DNA of 64,000 nucleotides from Histomonas meleagridis 2922-C6/04-290x. Taxonomy: Eukaryota > Protista > Parabasalia. Positions 32,508 to 42,561 of the stretch are shown one piece after another; the first letter of the stretch is position 1, and the number at the start of each line of letters is the position of its first letter. The translations under genes were made by a program, and so were the position numbers. The stretch lies in contig JAANOX010000225.1 of NCBI GenBank assembly GCA_020184695.1, forward strand, positions 74,095 through 138,094. The letters are read 5' to 3'. The notes below the pieces were generated by a model, which was not told the DNA's origin, made no database searches, and saw only the letters and a list, made by a program, of their open reading frames with translations.

Positions 32508-34676
32508 CTATGTTTCTTTCTTCATCGAAGTATGTAACAATGTGTAAAGTTTTAATCCTATTGAAGGCTCAAGCAAGTGCATCAAATCGTCTCTATCCAT
32601 TTCTGCCAATTCCCTCAAATTTCTGCACTTTTCGATAATCTTCTCAATGTGGCCGTTAGTCAAGAAGGGAATTGCCGCGAGGAACTTCACCGACTTTGAT
32701 GCGCCGTTGCTAGCGTTTTTATCTTCGCTACCCATCGCCATTGCCATTGTTTCATTTGGTTCATTTTTGCCTTGTGCTATTTCCATTAAAGTTCTTGCTG
32801 CCTCCAAATTATTTCTAGCCCAAATAATTTTAATTTCTGGGAATAGCCTTAAGATCATTGCTATTTTTTGCATCACCAATGGATTTTTATCCTTAGCGCT
32901 TACCAAATTAAATTGTTCAGTTTCGGAAAACTCAATTAATAACATTGGCTTTGGGTAATACATTTTCATTCTTTGCAGTTGTTGAAGTAATCTTCCGCTT
33001 CTCAGAGAGCCTACTAAATCAGTATAAGCCTTACGTTCAATAACAATATCATTAGTTAGAACATAATCTCCAACAGTTATGAGTTCAGGAACAACTTTAA
33101 ACCCGACTTGCAAAAGAGAATTAGGTAAACTTGAACGGAACTCACGATCATCCACAATTATTTTTCGTGTGGAAGGAGGATAAGGCTCAAGTTTAGGAAG
33201 CGAAAGAGTTTTCACATCTTGAATACAACGAACGAATATTTCATTTTCATGTTTTGCGGTATATTTCATTAATTCATATTCGAATGATTCCTTATACGAA
33301 AGTAAATAAGCTACAACTGACTTATGATGACGAGAATTATATACTTCAAGTCTTCGAAGTGATAACAATGTAATGTCCCAAAAGATGACAAAATCAGGTT
33401 GGAACGTTTCTAATATATTCGCTTGTGAATGAAGTTCTTCTAATAATATCATCGGCGGTTCAATAATGCCAAAAATTGTGGGATCTATGATCGGCTCGTC
33501 ATCGTTATCAACGTTATCTATCGGCACGTCAATGTTTTCGCCGTTGGTCTTCGGGACGAAGCCGTTAAGGAAGTTACATATCATGGAGACCGTTTGGCTG
33601 CCTTCAGCTAATATGAGAATACGTTTATTTTGGGGGAGGTCATTTATGATTTTGATGATCCATTGAAGTTTGGGCGATGGAATATTTTCTTCGGCATAAC
33701 TTGATGATGCTTTATATAGTGGATTGACTTGGGGATACTGTGACCATAATGGTCGATCATAACGCTTTGGAAGATGATCTTGTAGATATTGATGAAATAC
33801 TGATGGCTCAAGATGAAGTAAACAGGTAAAGGCATGGCGAAAAAATAGAATACTTTCAAGGACTTTGACCTGCTCATCTGTGACTGCGCGTTGCTCAAGT
33901 GTTTTTTGATGATATATTAAGGATTCAAGAACACCAACTTTAAGTTTCGATCCATACTCATAGATAAATGCCTTGTGGAGGTTGGTTAGAAGATCAAAAA
34001 CGCGGATTAAGAGTGGGGATACAAGAGGTTGAAATTTGTTTTCATTTTCATTCGTAGCATCAGTTGGAGTTGTCTGTTTCAATGAGATTTCAACTGTTTG
34101 TACTTCATATTGTTGAATAGAGTCGACGACATTTTGTTCGAATCGAGGGAAAAAAAGGATAAATCTGACCCATAAAAGATCCATCGTCTTTCTGAGATCA
34201 GAAACTTCATAACACCTCTCTGTAAAAGCGCGGATGGATCCATCGATTTTGTGTGATTTGTATAATGCTAAACATAATTGTAATCCCGGATCTTTGTGAA
34301 TAGTATGAGCGTTCGCAATAATTATACATTCAATTCGTTGTGGATCAATAGCGCCTTGAAGGAAATCTTTCGCAAGAATTCCTGGGCTGTGAAAAAATGC
34401 TATATTTGACTCATAATGTTGTGATCTTTCTTTTTTGCCTGTGTCTTTCTCTATGTCTTTTGGGAGGAATTCAACGCCCGAATTTGCTGACTCCCATATG
34501 ATACGCTGCTTGTCGTTCTCAGAAAGACCAAAAATAAAAACCATTTTATGATTGTGTGAATATTCTATTACAAGCTGCTGTATTAGGATAAAAGAATCAA
34601 GGCCACGCCCAAGCACATAGAGTCCACTCGGTTTCTTTTTAAAGGAATTCCAGATGTATTGGTGATACTTGAGCAT
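32508..34676 (-). CDS. ERCC4: XPF/ERCC4/Rad1 structure-specific endonuclease
   Basis: IIVDDREFRSSLP and VGDYVLTNDIVIERKAYTDLVGSLRSGRL nuclease motifs, a helicase-like N-terminus and an HhH C-terminus. Confidence 0.95.
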   Translation of the reverse strand: MLKYHQYIWNSFKKKPSGLYVLGRGLDSFILIQQLVIEYSHNHKMVFIFGLSENDKQRIIWESANSGVEFLPKDIEKDTGKKERSQHYESNIAFFHSPGILAKDFLQGAIDPQRIECIIIANAHTIHKDPGLQLCLALYKSHKIDGSIRAFTERCYEVSDLRKTMDLLWVRFILFFPRFEQNVVDSIQQYEVQTVEISLKQTTPTDATNENENKFQPLVSPLLIRVFDLLTNLHKAFIYEYGSKLKVGVLESLIYHQKTLEQRAVTDEQVKVLESILFFRHAFTCLLHLEPSVFHQYLQDHLPKRYDRPLWSQYPQVNPLYKASSSYAEENIPSPKLQWIIKIINDLPQNKRILILAEGSQTVSMICNFLNGFVPKTNGENIDVPIDNVDNDDEPIIDPTIFGIIEPPMILLEELHSQANILETFQPDFVIFWDITLLSLRRLEVYNSRHHKSVVAYLLSYKESFEYELMKYTAKHENEIFVRCIQDVKTLSLPKLEPYPPSTRKIIVDDREFRSSLPNSLLQVGFKVVPELITVGDYVLTNDIVIERKAYTDLVGSLRSGRLLQQLQRMKMYYPKPMLLIEFSETEQFNLVSAKDKNPLVMQKIAMILRLFPEIKIIWARNNLEAARTLMEIAQGKNEPNETMAMAMGSEDKNASNGASKSVKFLAAIPFLTNGHIEKIIEKCRNLRELAEMDRDDLMHLLEPSIGLKLYTLLHTSMKKET

Positions 34677-34986
34677 TTACTACGCCCATGAAATGTTATA
34701 TGAAATTTTAAAAAAGTGACTTATAACGATAGAACTAAACGATTGGCTGAAGTGACTTAACGTTCTCCGATTTTAAAACTAATTTATCTTTCTAACAAAT
34801 ATGTTATTCGAGTTTATACATAGAAAATATACTCACAAAATGTATTATATTAAAGAAACAAAATAGTGTAATGAGAAAATGATCTCTTATAAAAAATCGA
34901 ATTTTTAATAACATATTCTTTTCTCAATCATTTTCTTCATTATTTTAAGTACATAAACAAACAAAAACATATGCTTTAACCTAGAC

Positions 34987-35238
34987 TCTTTTAACCGGGG
35001 GTAATTGTGCCATATTGCCATTTTCAAAATTAAAACTTCGTCAATTGAGTTGTATATCATTCAGATGTGGCAACAAACTTAGTTAAAACTGAACGATAAG
35101 ATTAGGAAATTGTTTGGTTTATTTTTAATAAATAGCACTTTTGTATTTCTAAAAAATTGTGATATGAAAAACGATCGTTGCAATATGGCAAGATATTTTG
35201 AAAATGGCAACATGGTACGATTACCCCCGGTCAAAAGA
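34987..35238. mobile_element. MITE-like non-autonomous element
   Basis: 44-bp inverted repeats at 34987-35030 and 35195-35238 (4 mismatches) around non-coding AT-rich DNA; GAC flanks both ends. Confidence 0.75.
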
Positions 35239-35639
35239 GACCAATTTTCTTCAATTCATTATAAATTCTAAGTATTAAGCAAATCGTACAAAAAATTCAC
35301 CTGGTTTCCTACCTCTTAAAATTGAGGGATAGGATTTTTCAAACGTTAGACCTTTTAATTTAAATTGAAAAAATTTCTAGCTATTGAATTTTTCAATATT
35401 TTTGAATGAGAGGCCTGATAAAACCGCCGAATACAGTGTGGTAAAATTCTACATTTGTACCAATATTGGTAAATTTCACCCATAACAGATAACATCTTCC
35501 ATAACCTAAAATTTGATTTCAAGTTTTCATGTGAAAAATAGATGAAAAATCATCAGCCCGGGCATTTAAAAATGCCTGAAATAATTAATCATTCAATTTA
35601 TGCATTCAAAAATTGTGTAATTTTAACGGTTTATTCCAA

Positions 35640-35646
35640 TCACTTT
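35640..35646 (+). promoter_or_regulatory. Inr-like element TCACTTT
   Basis: Immediately upstream of ATG 35651. Confidence 0.6.
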
Positions 35647-35650
35647 TTTC

Positions 35651-36697
35651 ATGAGCAAAGAAAGAGTTTGCATTGGCGGTGGAGCTGGATTCATTGGATC
35701 ACATATGGCAATGTTCCTTCGTAAGAAGGGGCATTGGGTTCGTTGTGTTGATTGGCACCACAATGAATTCATGAAGCCAGAAGAATTCTGTGATGAATTT
35801 CTTCATCTTGATCTCAGAACATTTGAAAACTGTCGCAAGGCAACAGAAGGATGTGATTGGGTCTTCAATTTTGCCGCAGATATGGGTGGTATGGGATTCA
35901 TCCAATCCAATAACTCTGTTATTCTTTATAACAACCTTATGATTAGCTCCAACATGCTTGAAGCTTCACGTGTAAATGGTGTCAAGCGTTTCTTTTACTC
36001 ATCAAGCGCTTGCGTTTATCCAGAATATAAGCAATTGGAAGTTGATGTACCAGCACTTAAAGAATCTGATGCTTGGCCAGCACAACCACAAGATGCTTAT
36101 GGTCTTGAAAAAATTTGCACAGAAGAACTTTGCAAACATTATTACAAAGATTTCGGAATTGAAACCCGCGTTGCTCGTTTCCATAATATTTATGGCCCAT
36201 GGGGAACATGGCGTGGTGGCCGTGAAAAGGCACCAGCCGCTTTCACTCGCAAAGCTATTCTTTCAGATAAAGAATTTGAAATCTGGGGCGATGGTCTTCA
36301 AACACGTTCATTCACATACATAGATGACTGCATCGAAGGAGTTTATAAGCTTTTCATGTCCGATTGGCGCGAACCCATTAATATTGGATCTGATGAAATG
36401 ATCTCAATGAACGATTTCGCTAAGCTCGCAATGAAGATCGAAGGAAAAGATCTTCCACTTAAGCACCTTAAGGGTCCAGAAGGCGTTCGTGGTCGAAATT
36501 CTGATAATACTCTTATCAAGAAAGTTCTCGGTTGGGCACCACCAACAACACTTGCTGAGGGAATGAAGAAGACACACGATTGGATCAAGCAACAAATCGA
36601 AGAAGCTAAAGCTCGTGGTGAAGATTTATCAGATCTTAAGACATCACATGTCGTCCACTTGGACGCTGTTCAAGAGGTTGGAAAGACTCTTGATTAA
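35651..36697 (+). CDS. GME: GDP-mannose 3,5-epimerase (extended SDR)
   Basis: GGGAGFIGSH, FAADMGGMGFIQSN, WPAQPQDAYGLEK and GGREKAPAAF are GME signature stretches. Confidence 0.92.
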   Translation: MSKERVCIGGGAGFIGSHMAMFLRKKGHWVRCVDWHHNEFMKPEEFCDEFLHLDLRTFENCRKATEGCDWVFNFAADMGGMGFIQSNNSVILYNNLMISSNMLEASRVNGVKRFFYSSSACVYPEYKQLEVDVPALKESDAWPAQPQDAYGLEKICTEELCKHYYKDFGIETRVARFHNIYGPWGTWRGGREKAPAAFTRKAILSDKEFEIWGDGLQTRSFTYIDDCIEGVYKLFMSDWREPINIGSDEMISMNDFAKLAMKIEGKDLPLKHLKGPEGVRGRNSDNTLIKKVLGWAPPTTLAEGMKKTHDWIKQQIEEAKARGEDLSDLKTSHVVHLDAVQEVGKTLD

Positions 36698-36848
36698 GCT
36701 CATAGCTTAAAAGCTTTTCTCACAATAAAAAGCTTTTTTGAATTAAATATTAAAAACAACGATAAGAGAACGTTATTAACCGTTGAGTACGACGATAACT
36801 TCTGAGTGACGATAGGGAAAGTTTCTATCGTCAATTATTTTGTGTGAT

Positions 36849-38858
36849 TTACTTTGTACTTTTTGTTTTGCTTATTCTGATTTTATTGTTTAGGCTTTTT
36901 GGTATTGTATCTTCATGTGTTTTCACTTTTGGTTTGAACAAATAATTTGATCTGATTTCATTTCCTTTTAATTCTTTTTGGAGTTTATCTTTTTGTTCTA
37001 TTAATTTCATTATTAAATCTTTTGTTGATTCGCATTCTTCAAATTTAATTGTATTATTTTCGTTGAGTTTCGTTTTTATTAATTTGTTATGTTCAGCTTG
37101 TTTGTGTTCAGTATTTTCTTTAATTTCGTTTAGTTCTTTATCAAAATTTTGTGTATTTTCCAAATATTTTTCATTATATAATATTTCGAGTTTTTGTTCC
37201 ATTTGATTCAGATCATTGCAAATATTAGCAAATAACTTTTGCGAACTTTCGCTAACATTTAATTCATTAAATTCTGTTCCTTTTTCTATTTGATTTATAT
37301 TTTCATTTTTTGTTTCGGTTTCATTTTGATTTTGCGGAGTTTCACTCATAATTTGCTTAATAATATTTTGAAGAGAAAAAATATATTTTTCATTTTGTTT
37401 TATACCAACTTCATTAACGTTTTGTTCTTCTTCAAATAGAATTTTTTGTTGTGTATCAATTATTTTTTGTATTTTCTTTTTTCTTTTGTTATTAATATTT
37501 TCTATTTCGTGTTTTAACTTAACTTTATCTTTTTCAAATGTATTTTCCTTATTTATATAATAATTTGAATTAATTTCTTTTCTTTTATCAAATTTTATTA
37601 TTTCATTTTTTAAGTTTTTAATAACGAAAAATTCCAATGTAAACATTTTTTGAAATTCCGATTTATCTTTTCTAAGAATTATTTGAAAATTTGATTTTTG
37701 TTCATGAAACATTTTGTTTAGTTCAATGATTTGCTTTTCATATGTTTCCGATTCTTTAATTGATATATTATATAATTCATTTGAAATATAATTTAATTCA
37801 GTTTCAGTTTCATTAGTATTAACAGAAAGTTGACTTAAAATTGGTTCAAATTCTTTTGTAATTTCATTTAAATATAAATTAATTTGATATTTTGTTTCTG
37901 CTTTTTGATTATTTAATTCATTCTCAAGAAATGCTTCATATTCTTTTTCTTTAATCATTTCCGAAATTGTATTTTTTGTTTGTTCTCTTTCGATTTCATA
38001 CAATTGTTTCGTGAGTTCCAAATTTTCTTTAATTAATTTATTGTTATTATTATTAAATTGTTTTTTAGTTTCTGAAATTTTGTTTTCATATATTTGCATT
38101 TGCTTTATATATTCTTCATTTAAATTATTGAATTCTTCATTAAGTGAATCAAGTTTTGTTTGTAATTGTTGAATGATATTTTGTTGCTCTTCTTGATATG
38201 AATCGTGAATTTCAATTTTTACTTCAGAATTTTGATTTGCAATTTCATTTGATTTTAAAAGTAAAGTTTCACGTTCATTTTGTAGAAGTTGAAGATATTC
38301 ATTTTGAAGTTCTGCAATTTCATTTTCTGATTCGAGAATTTTTGATTTAAATTCTGATTTATCATTTGATTGATTTAAATTTAGTGAATTATGTGTTTGT
38401 AGTTGATGAATAAAATTGTCATTGATTTGATTTAATTGTTCATTATGTTTATTTTGTAGATTTGTTAAAATTTCTTGGAAGATTTGATCAGCTTGATCAA
38501 GTGCTAATTTCATTTTGTTTTCATTTTGATTAATAAGTGTTTGCATGTCTTCAATTTTCTTTGATAAAATATTTTTCTCTTTATCCATTTTTTGAATAAA
38601 TTGATCTTCAAATTGAGAAAATTTAGATTTAAATTCATCAAAATTTGACTCACTAATTTGATTTATTTCCAACTTATTTTTAGATGCTATTATTGAATCT
38701 AAAATATTTTTAGATATTTTATAAATATCATAAATATCTTTATCATAAGAATTTGACGTCGGTGAAAACAATTCCATAACATGTTTCATTTCATATACAA
38801 TATTTTTAAGTATTTTTATTGAGTCTCTTGTTTGAAAAGAGTCCAAATTTGTTATCAT
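36849..38858 (-). CDS. Long coiled-coil protein (669 aa), unknown function
   Basis: E/K/N/Q-rich heptad-like composition throughout. Confidence 0.7.
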   Translation of the reverse strand: MITNLDSFQTRDSIKILKNIVYEMKHVMELFSPTSNSYDKDIYDIYKISKNILDSIIASKNKLEINQISESNFDEFKSKFSQFEDQFIQKMDKEKNILSKKIEDMQTLINQNENKMKLALDQADQIFQEILTNLQNKHNEQLNQINDNFIHQLQTHNSLNLNQSNDKSEFKSKILESENEIAELQNEYLQLLQNERETLLLKSNEIANQNSEVKIEIHDSYQEEQQNIIQQLQTKLDSLNEEFNNLNEEYIKQMQIYENKISETKKQFNNNNNKLIKENLELTKQLYEIEREQTKNTISEMIKEKEYEAFLENELNNQKAETKYQINLYLNEITKEFEPILSQLSVNTNETETELNYISNELYNISIKESETYEKQIIELNKMFHEQKSNFQIILRKDKSEFQKMFTLEFFVIKNLKNEIIKFDKRKEINSNYYINKENTFEKDKVKLKHEIENINNKRKKKIQKIIDTQQKILFEEEQNVNEVGIKQNEKYIFSLQNIIKQIMSETPQNQNETETKNENINQIEKGTEFNELNVSESSQKLFANICNDLNQMEQKLEILYNEKYLENTQNFDKELNEIKENTEHKQAEHNKLIKTKLNENNTIKFEECESTKDLIMKLIEQKDKLQKELKGNEIRSNYLFKPKVKTHEDTIPKSLNNKIRISKTKSTK

Positions 38859-38910
38859 TCCATTCTTGTATATTAATAAACGTGCATCGGAGCACCCCTA
38901 TTAGCCGTTC

Positions 38911-38918
38911 AACCGTTA
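38911..38918 (+). promoter_or_regulatory. M3-like motif AACCGTTA
   Basis: In the 81-bp gap between divergent ATGs at 38858 and 38940. Confidence 0.45.
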
Positions 38919-38939
38919 TACCTTTTAGTAAACAATCAG

Positions 38940-40442
38940 ATGTCATATTCTGATGAGTACGATGAATACGAAGAATCCGAATACGAAGAAATTTCCGGAG
39001 ACTTTGATTATATTGCTAACTCGGTTTTAGTTCCAATTAACTTTGCAATTTTAATGAACCCAAACGAAATCAGAGCAAAACACTTTGCAGAAACATTTGT
39101 TATCATCCGTTCCCGGAAACAAGAAGCAATGGTAAAAGTATTCCCATCTCAAAGCTGTCAACCCGGATATGTTGAAATTCCAAAATTACTTATGCAATCT
39201 CTCAAGCTTTCAGAAGGTCAAGGAGTTTCAATTGAAGCATCTGAGATCCGAATCAAAGCCGATGCCATACAAATTGCCCCATTATTTGATCCAGGAATGA
39301 CTGATTATCAGCAAGATCTTTCAAATTATTTCCGCTCTGATTTTCATGGTGTTAGCTCAGGCATTGGCTTTTCGATATATGTTCGTGGATCCATTCTTAA
39401 TTTCGTAGTCCTCAAAACACTTCCAAACACATTTTGTTATACGAACAGCTCAACGCGAATTGTGTTCAATAATCAGCGCATCAACTTCGCATCAATCCCA
39501 TCACTTCTTTCAGATCTTGTTTTCAAGCCAGAAGTCGAAGAGCAAATTAAGAAACTTATTCTTTTACCTATAACACATACAAATATATTCGCTTCAACTT
39601 GCTTAAGGTTTTCGAACGGCATTTTGATCACTGGAACACGCTCAACCGGCAAAACCGCCATTTTAACCGCCATCAGCAAGTCGCTGAAACATAACTCATG
39701 CATTTTAGACGCTTTTGAGTTCGCTACGGCGAACTTAAATGATGCATTCGCTAAGCTTCAGAGAGTTTTTGCTTATGCTATTGAATGTTCTCCTTCAGTA
39801 CTTATGATTGACAATTTGAATACTATTCTTAATAACAAAAAGCTTTATATGCTATTCCTTTCATTGCTTGACAGGGCTATTTCACAGTCAAACATTATTG
39901 TTGTTGCAACAATTAACGATTTATCTCAAGTTGATAAATCTATTATTCGTGACGGACGTTTTGCTTTTATAATCGAACTATCACTTCCAACTAAAGTCGA
40001 ACGGCAGGTTCTTATTACCAAAAAGCTTCGTGGAATTCGATATTCAGATCGAACAATTGAAATTGTTTCAGATACAAATACCGAAGGAAACACTTGTGCA
40101 GAAGTCATTGAAATTACAGAGCGAGCAGTATTTAGCATGTTTAACAAGAAACAATTTCCATCTGATCAAGAAATTATTTCACAACTTAACACACAAATTG
40201 ATGCTTCTGACTTCCCACGCATTGAACCTAAACCAAATGACTTAAAAGAAGCCAACGGACTAAATGACCTTAGCATAAATGATCTAATGGGTATGAATCA
40301 ATCAAAAATTGAATCAGACGCAAATGCTGACGACAAAAGCACTACTGTCTTTGAAGAATTTTTCGATTTTGGCCTAAGTAAGAAAGATGCAGATGAAAAT
40401 CGTAATAATAATAATAATAACGATTTTGCTGATTTCTTTTGA
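38940..40442 (+). CDS. Divergent CDC48/p97-like protein: N-domain plus a single degenerate AAA module
   Basis: p97-like N-domain (IQIAPLFD...LSNYF...NFVVLKTLPNTFC...STRIV). Walker A GTRSTGKT, Walker B LMIDN, ATIN sensor and RDGRF. Confidence 0.8.
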   Translation: MSYSDEYDEYEESEYEEISGDFDYIANSVLVPINFAILMNPNEIRAKHFAETFVIIRSRKQEAMVKVFPSQSCQPGYVEIPKLLMQSLKLSEGQGVSIEASEIRIKADAIQIAPLFDPGMTDYQQDLSNYFRSDFHGVSSGIGFSIYVRGSILNFVVLKTLPNTFCYTNSSTRIVFNNQRINFASIPSLLSDLVFKPEVEEQIKKLILLPITHTNIFASTCLRFSNGILITGTRSTGKTAILTAISKSLKHNSCILDAFEFATANLNDAFAKLQRVFAYAIECSPSVLMIDNLNTILNNKKLYMLFLSLLDRAISQSNIIVVATINDLSQVDKSIIRDGRFAFIIELSLPTKVERQVLITKKLRGIRYSDRTIEIVSDTNTEGNTCAEVIEITERAVFSMFNKKQFPSDQEIISQLNTQIDASDFPRIEPKPNDLKEANGLNDLSINDLMGMNQSKIESDANADDKSTTVFEEFFDFGLSKKDADENRNNNNNNDFADFF

Positions 40443-40641
40443 AATTTGAATTGTTGATCCTTAAACACGTTAATGTTAATGAGTTCTTTAAAAATAAATT
40501 AGTTAATACTAAAGCATTTGTTATTTGGAAATTTATTAATTTTGGAATTACCCGCAGATTTGCAAATTGCAAACACAACAGTTAATGAAAGGAAGTTGAG
40601 CTGCTCTTCTAAGAACATTTGTACCAAGTATTAAAAAAAAA

Positions 40642-40914
40642 TTAATAATTAAATTGAAAACCATCAAGACTTAAATTTTCCATTAGCAAACTTAGATCGC
40701 CTTCGTTATCGCTTTCATCGTGAGCTTTGTTTTGCTCTTGTTGAACATCACTTTGGCATCCAAAAACACTCCAAAAAAGTGGATATCGCTTTCTAAACTC
40801 TTTTTTGGGATTAATTTCAGGATACTCATCATATGGTACTTCGATTCTTTCGTCAAATCCTTGGAAAGGAAATGGAATTCCCATATCCGCAAAAATGTTT
40901 CTTTCTTCTTCCAT
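40642..40914 (-). CDS. Small hypothetical protein (90 aa)
   Basis: ATG-initiated with coding-like composition. Confidence 0.5.
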   Translation of the reverse strand: MEEERNIFADMGIPFPFQGFDERIEVPYDEYPEINPKKEFRKRYPLFWSVFGCQSDVQQEQNKAHDESDNEGDLSLLMENLSLDGFQFNY

Positions 40915-41180
40915 GGAAAAGTGACTTGCCTTTCACAAAAGTGTGAAGTCCACTTTTTGATTAATCTCAAAGAATATTTCAAATGAACAAAAATGATATT
41001 TGAATTGTTTATTTGGGCCCAAATGAGTAACTTATTCATTATGTAGCATATAACAAGATAAAAATTCGATCCTTTTTGCTTTTGTTTGTATTTTGGGGTT
41101 GTTTGGTTTACCTTAGTTTTGCATAATTTAATTTTGTGGTGCAATGTTTCAGCTCAAAAAATTATTCTTTTTAAAACACT

Positions 41181-42008
41181 TTATTCATCATTTTCTTGTT
41201 CACTCGATTGTTTTGGCTCTGAAACTTGTTCGCTATCATCCCTCACAACCTTTGATTGCTCGTGAGCTCTCATCACTTTATTTTGGAAATCTGCTATTAG
41301 CTTCGCTTCCATCGAAGATTCAGATATTGAGAACAGTTCTGATAGTTCACCTCTTGCGACTTCCTGATCACCAATCATTTGATCTGTTTTCTGTATTGCC
41401 AATTCCATAAAATCGTTCACATCTTTTCTCATCGATGTGTGAGATAAATTTTGGGCATTCTGACCCAGAACAGAAAGATCTATGGCTTGATGCATCATTG
41501 TAGTCATATTTGTAAATGAAACATTATCTGATTCATTTTTGATAACCCAATGTGCTATGTTTCGGAGCTCAAGAAGAGTCACATCGTGGCTAATAGGGAG
41601 TTTGTGAGCAGCGCAAAATTGTAAAATTTGATTTAATGTTGTACTATCAAGATTTGAGAGTTTAGTAAGATTACATGCTTCTTTAATATCAAGCTCAGTT
41701 ATAAATCCAAATGAATTTTCATTAATTCTTCCTGAATTAAGAAGTTCGGATATTCGTTTTTCAGGGAATGATAGAAAATGCATGGTGGAATCATAGTCTC
41801 CAATCGCAAATAGGTACAGTTGGCATAGCGTTTTATATCCTAGTTGTTCTTCAATTATACTTGAAGAAAAAGAATTATATAATAAAAAGTCTCTGGCTTC
41901 TTCTAATGTATTTGGAAAACCACTAAAATGTTCATCCGCAGGATCTCTTGATAAAAATGTCATAGGGTAATCTTGAAAAAAAGATTCTATTTCTTTGTTT
42001 ACCTTCAT
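41181..42008 (-). CDS. Hypothetical protein (275 aa)
   Basis: Long ATG-initiated ORF; no family recognised. Confidence 0.7.
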   Translation of the reverse strand: MKVNKEIESFFQDYPMTFLSRDPADEHFSGFPNTLEEARDFLLYNSFSSSIIEEQLGYKTLCQLYLFAIGDYDSTMHFLSFPEKRISELLNSGRINENSFGFITELDIKEACNLTKLSNLDSTTLNQILQFCAAHKLPISHDVTLLELRNIAHWVIKNESDNVSFTNMTTMMHQAIDLSVLGQNAQNLSHTSMRKDVNDFMELAIQKTDQMIGDQEVARGELSELFSISESSMEAKLIADFQNKVMRAHEQSKVVRDDSEQVSEPKQSSEQENDE

Positions 42009-42561
42009 TGATGAAGGGTAATGTTTGGGTGCACCCAGAAAAAACGGTTATTTGGATTATTTCATTTTTTATATTGCTTGAAAACACACACAGTCTTAAA
42101 TTTATGTCTCTTACATGTACCTTTCAACTATCAATATACTAATACTACTTGTTCTTAAATATAAATGAATTTAATTGGAAATAAAGAGGTTTTATTTTAA
42201 AGCTCATGTAGTCCAAATCATCTATAAAAATAAAAAAAAACGTAATATTTAAAATTAAAAAGATCAATGCTACTACTTATATAAAAATTAGTTGTTAATT
42301 TCATATTCCAGTTATTCTTCACATGTGCTTTGATGAAAGTTAATCATATTATTTAATAAAAAGCTTGAAAATTTTATTACAAAATATATGAATGAATTTC
42401 ATTCAGCAAAATTTAATTTATAAATCATGTTTTGCTTGTATCTTTTAACTTATGAAGAGTGCAAAAAATGAATCAAAATTATACAAATAATATATAGTTT
42501 ATGAAATAATTGAATTGAAACATAAAAAAAATTTTATGATTCTTTAACTTTTCATTTTATC

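Noticed and set aside
8189-41410. Numerous short overlapping or antisense ORFs in the track (e.g. 8189-8506, 9750-10142, 13077-14443, 29259-29708, 32647-33898, 35699-36595, 40692-41410)
   Set aside because: They are shadow frames of longer recognisable genes, with no independent motifs.
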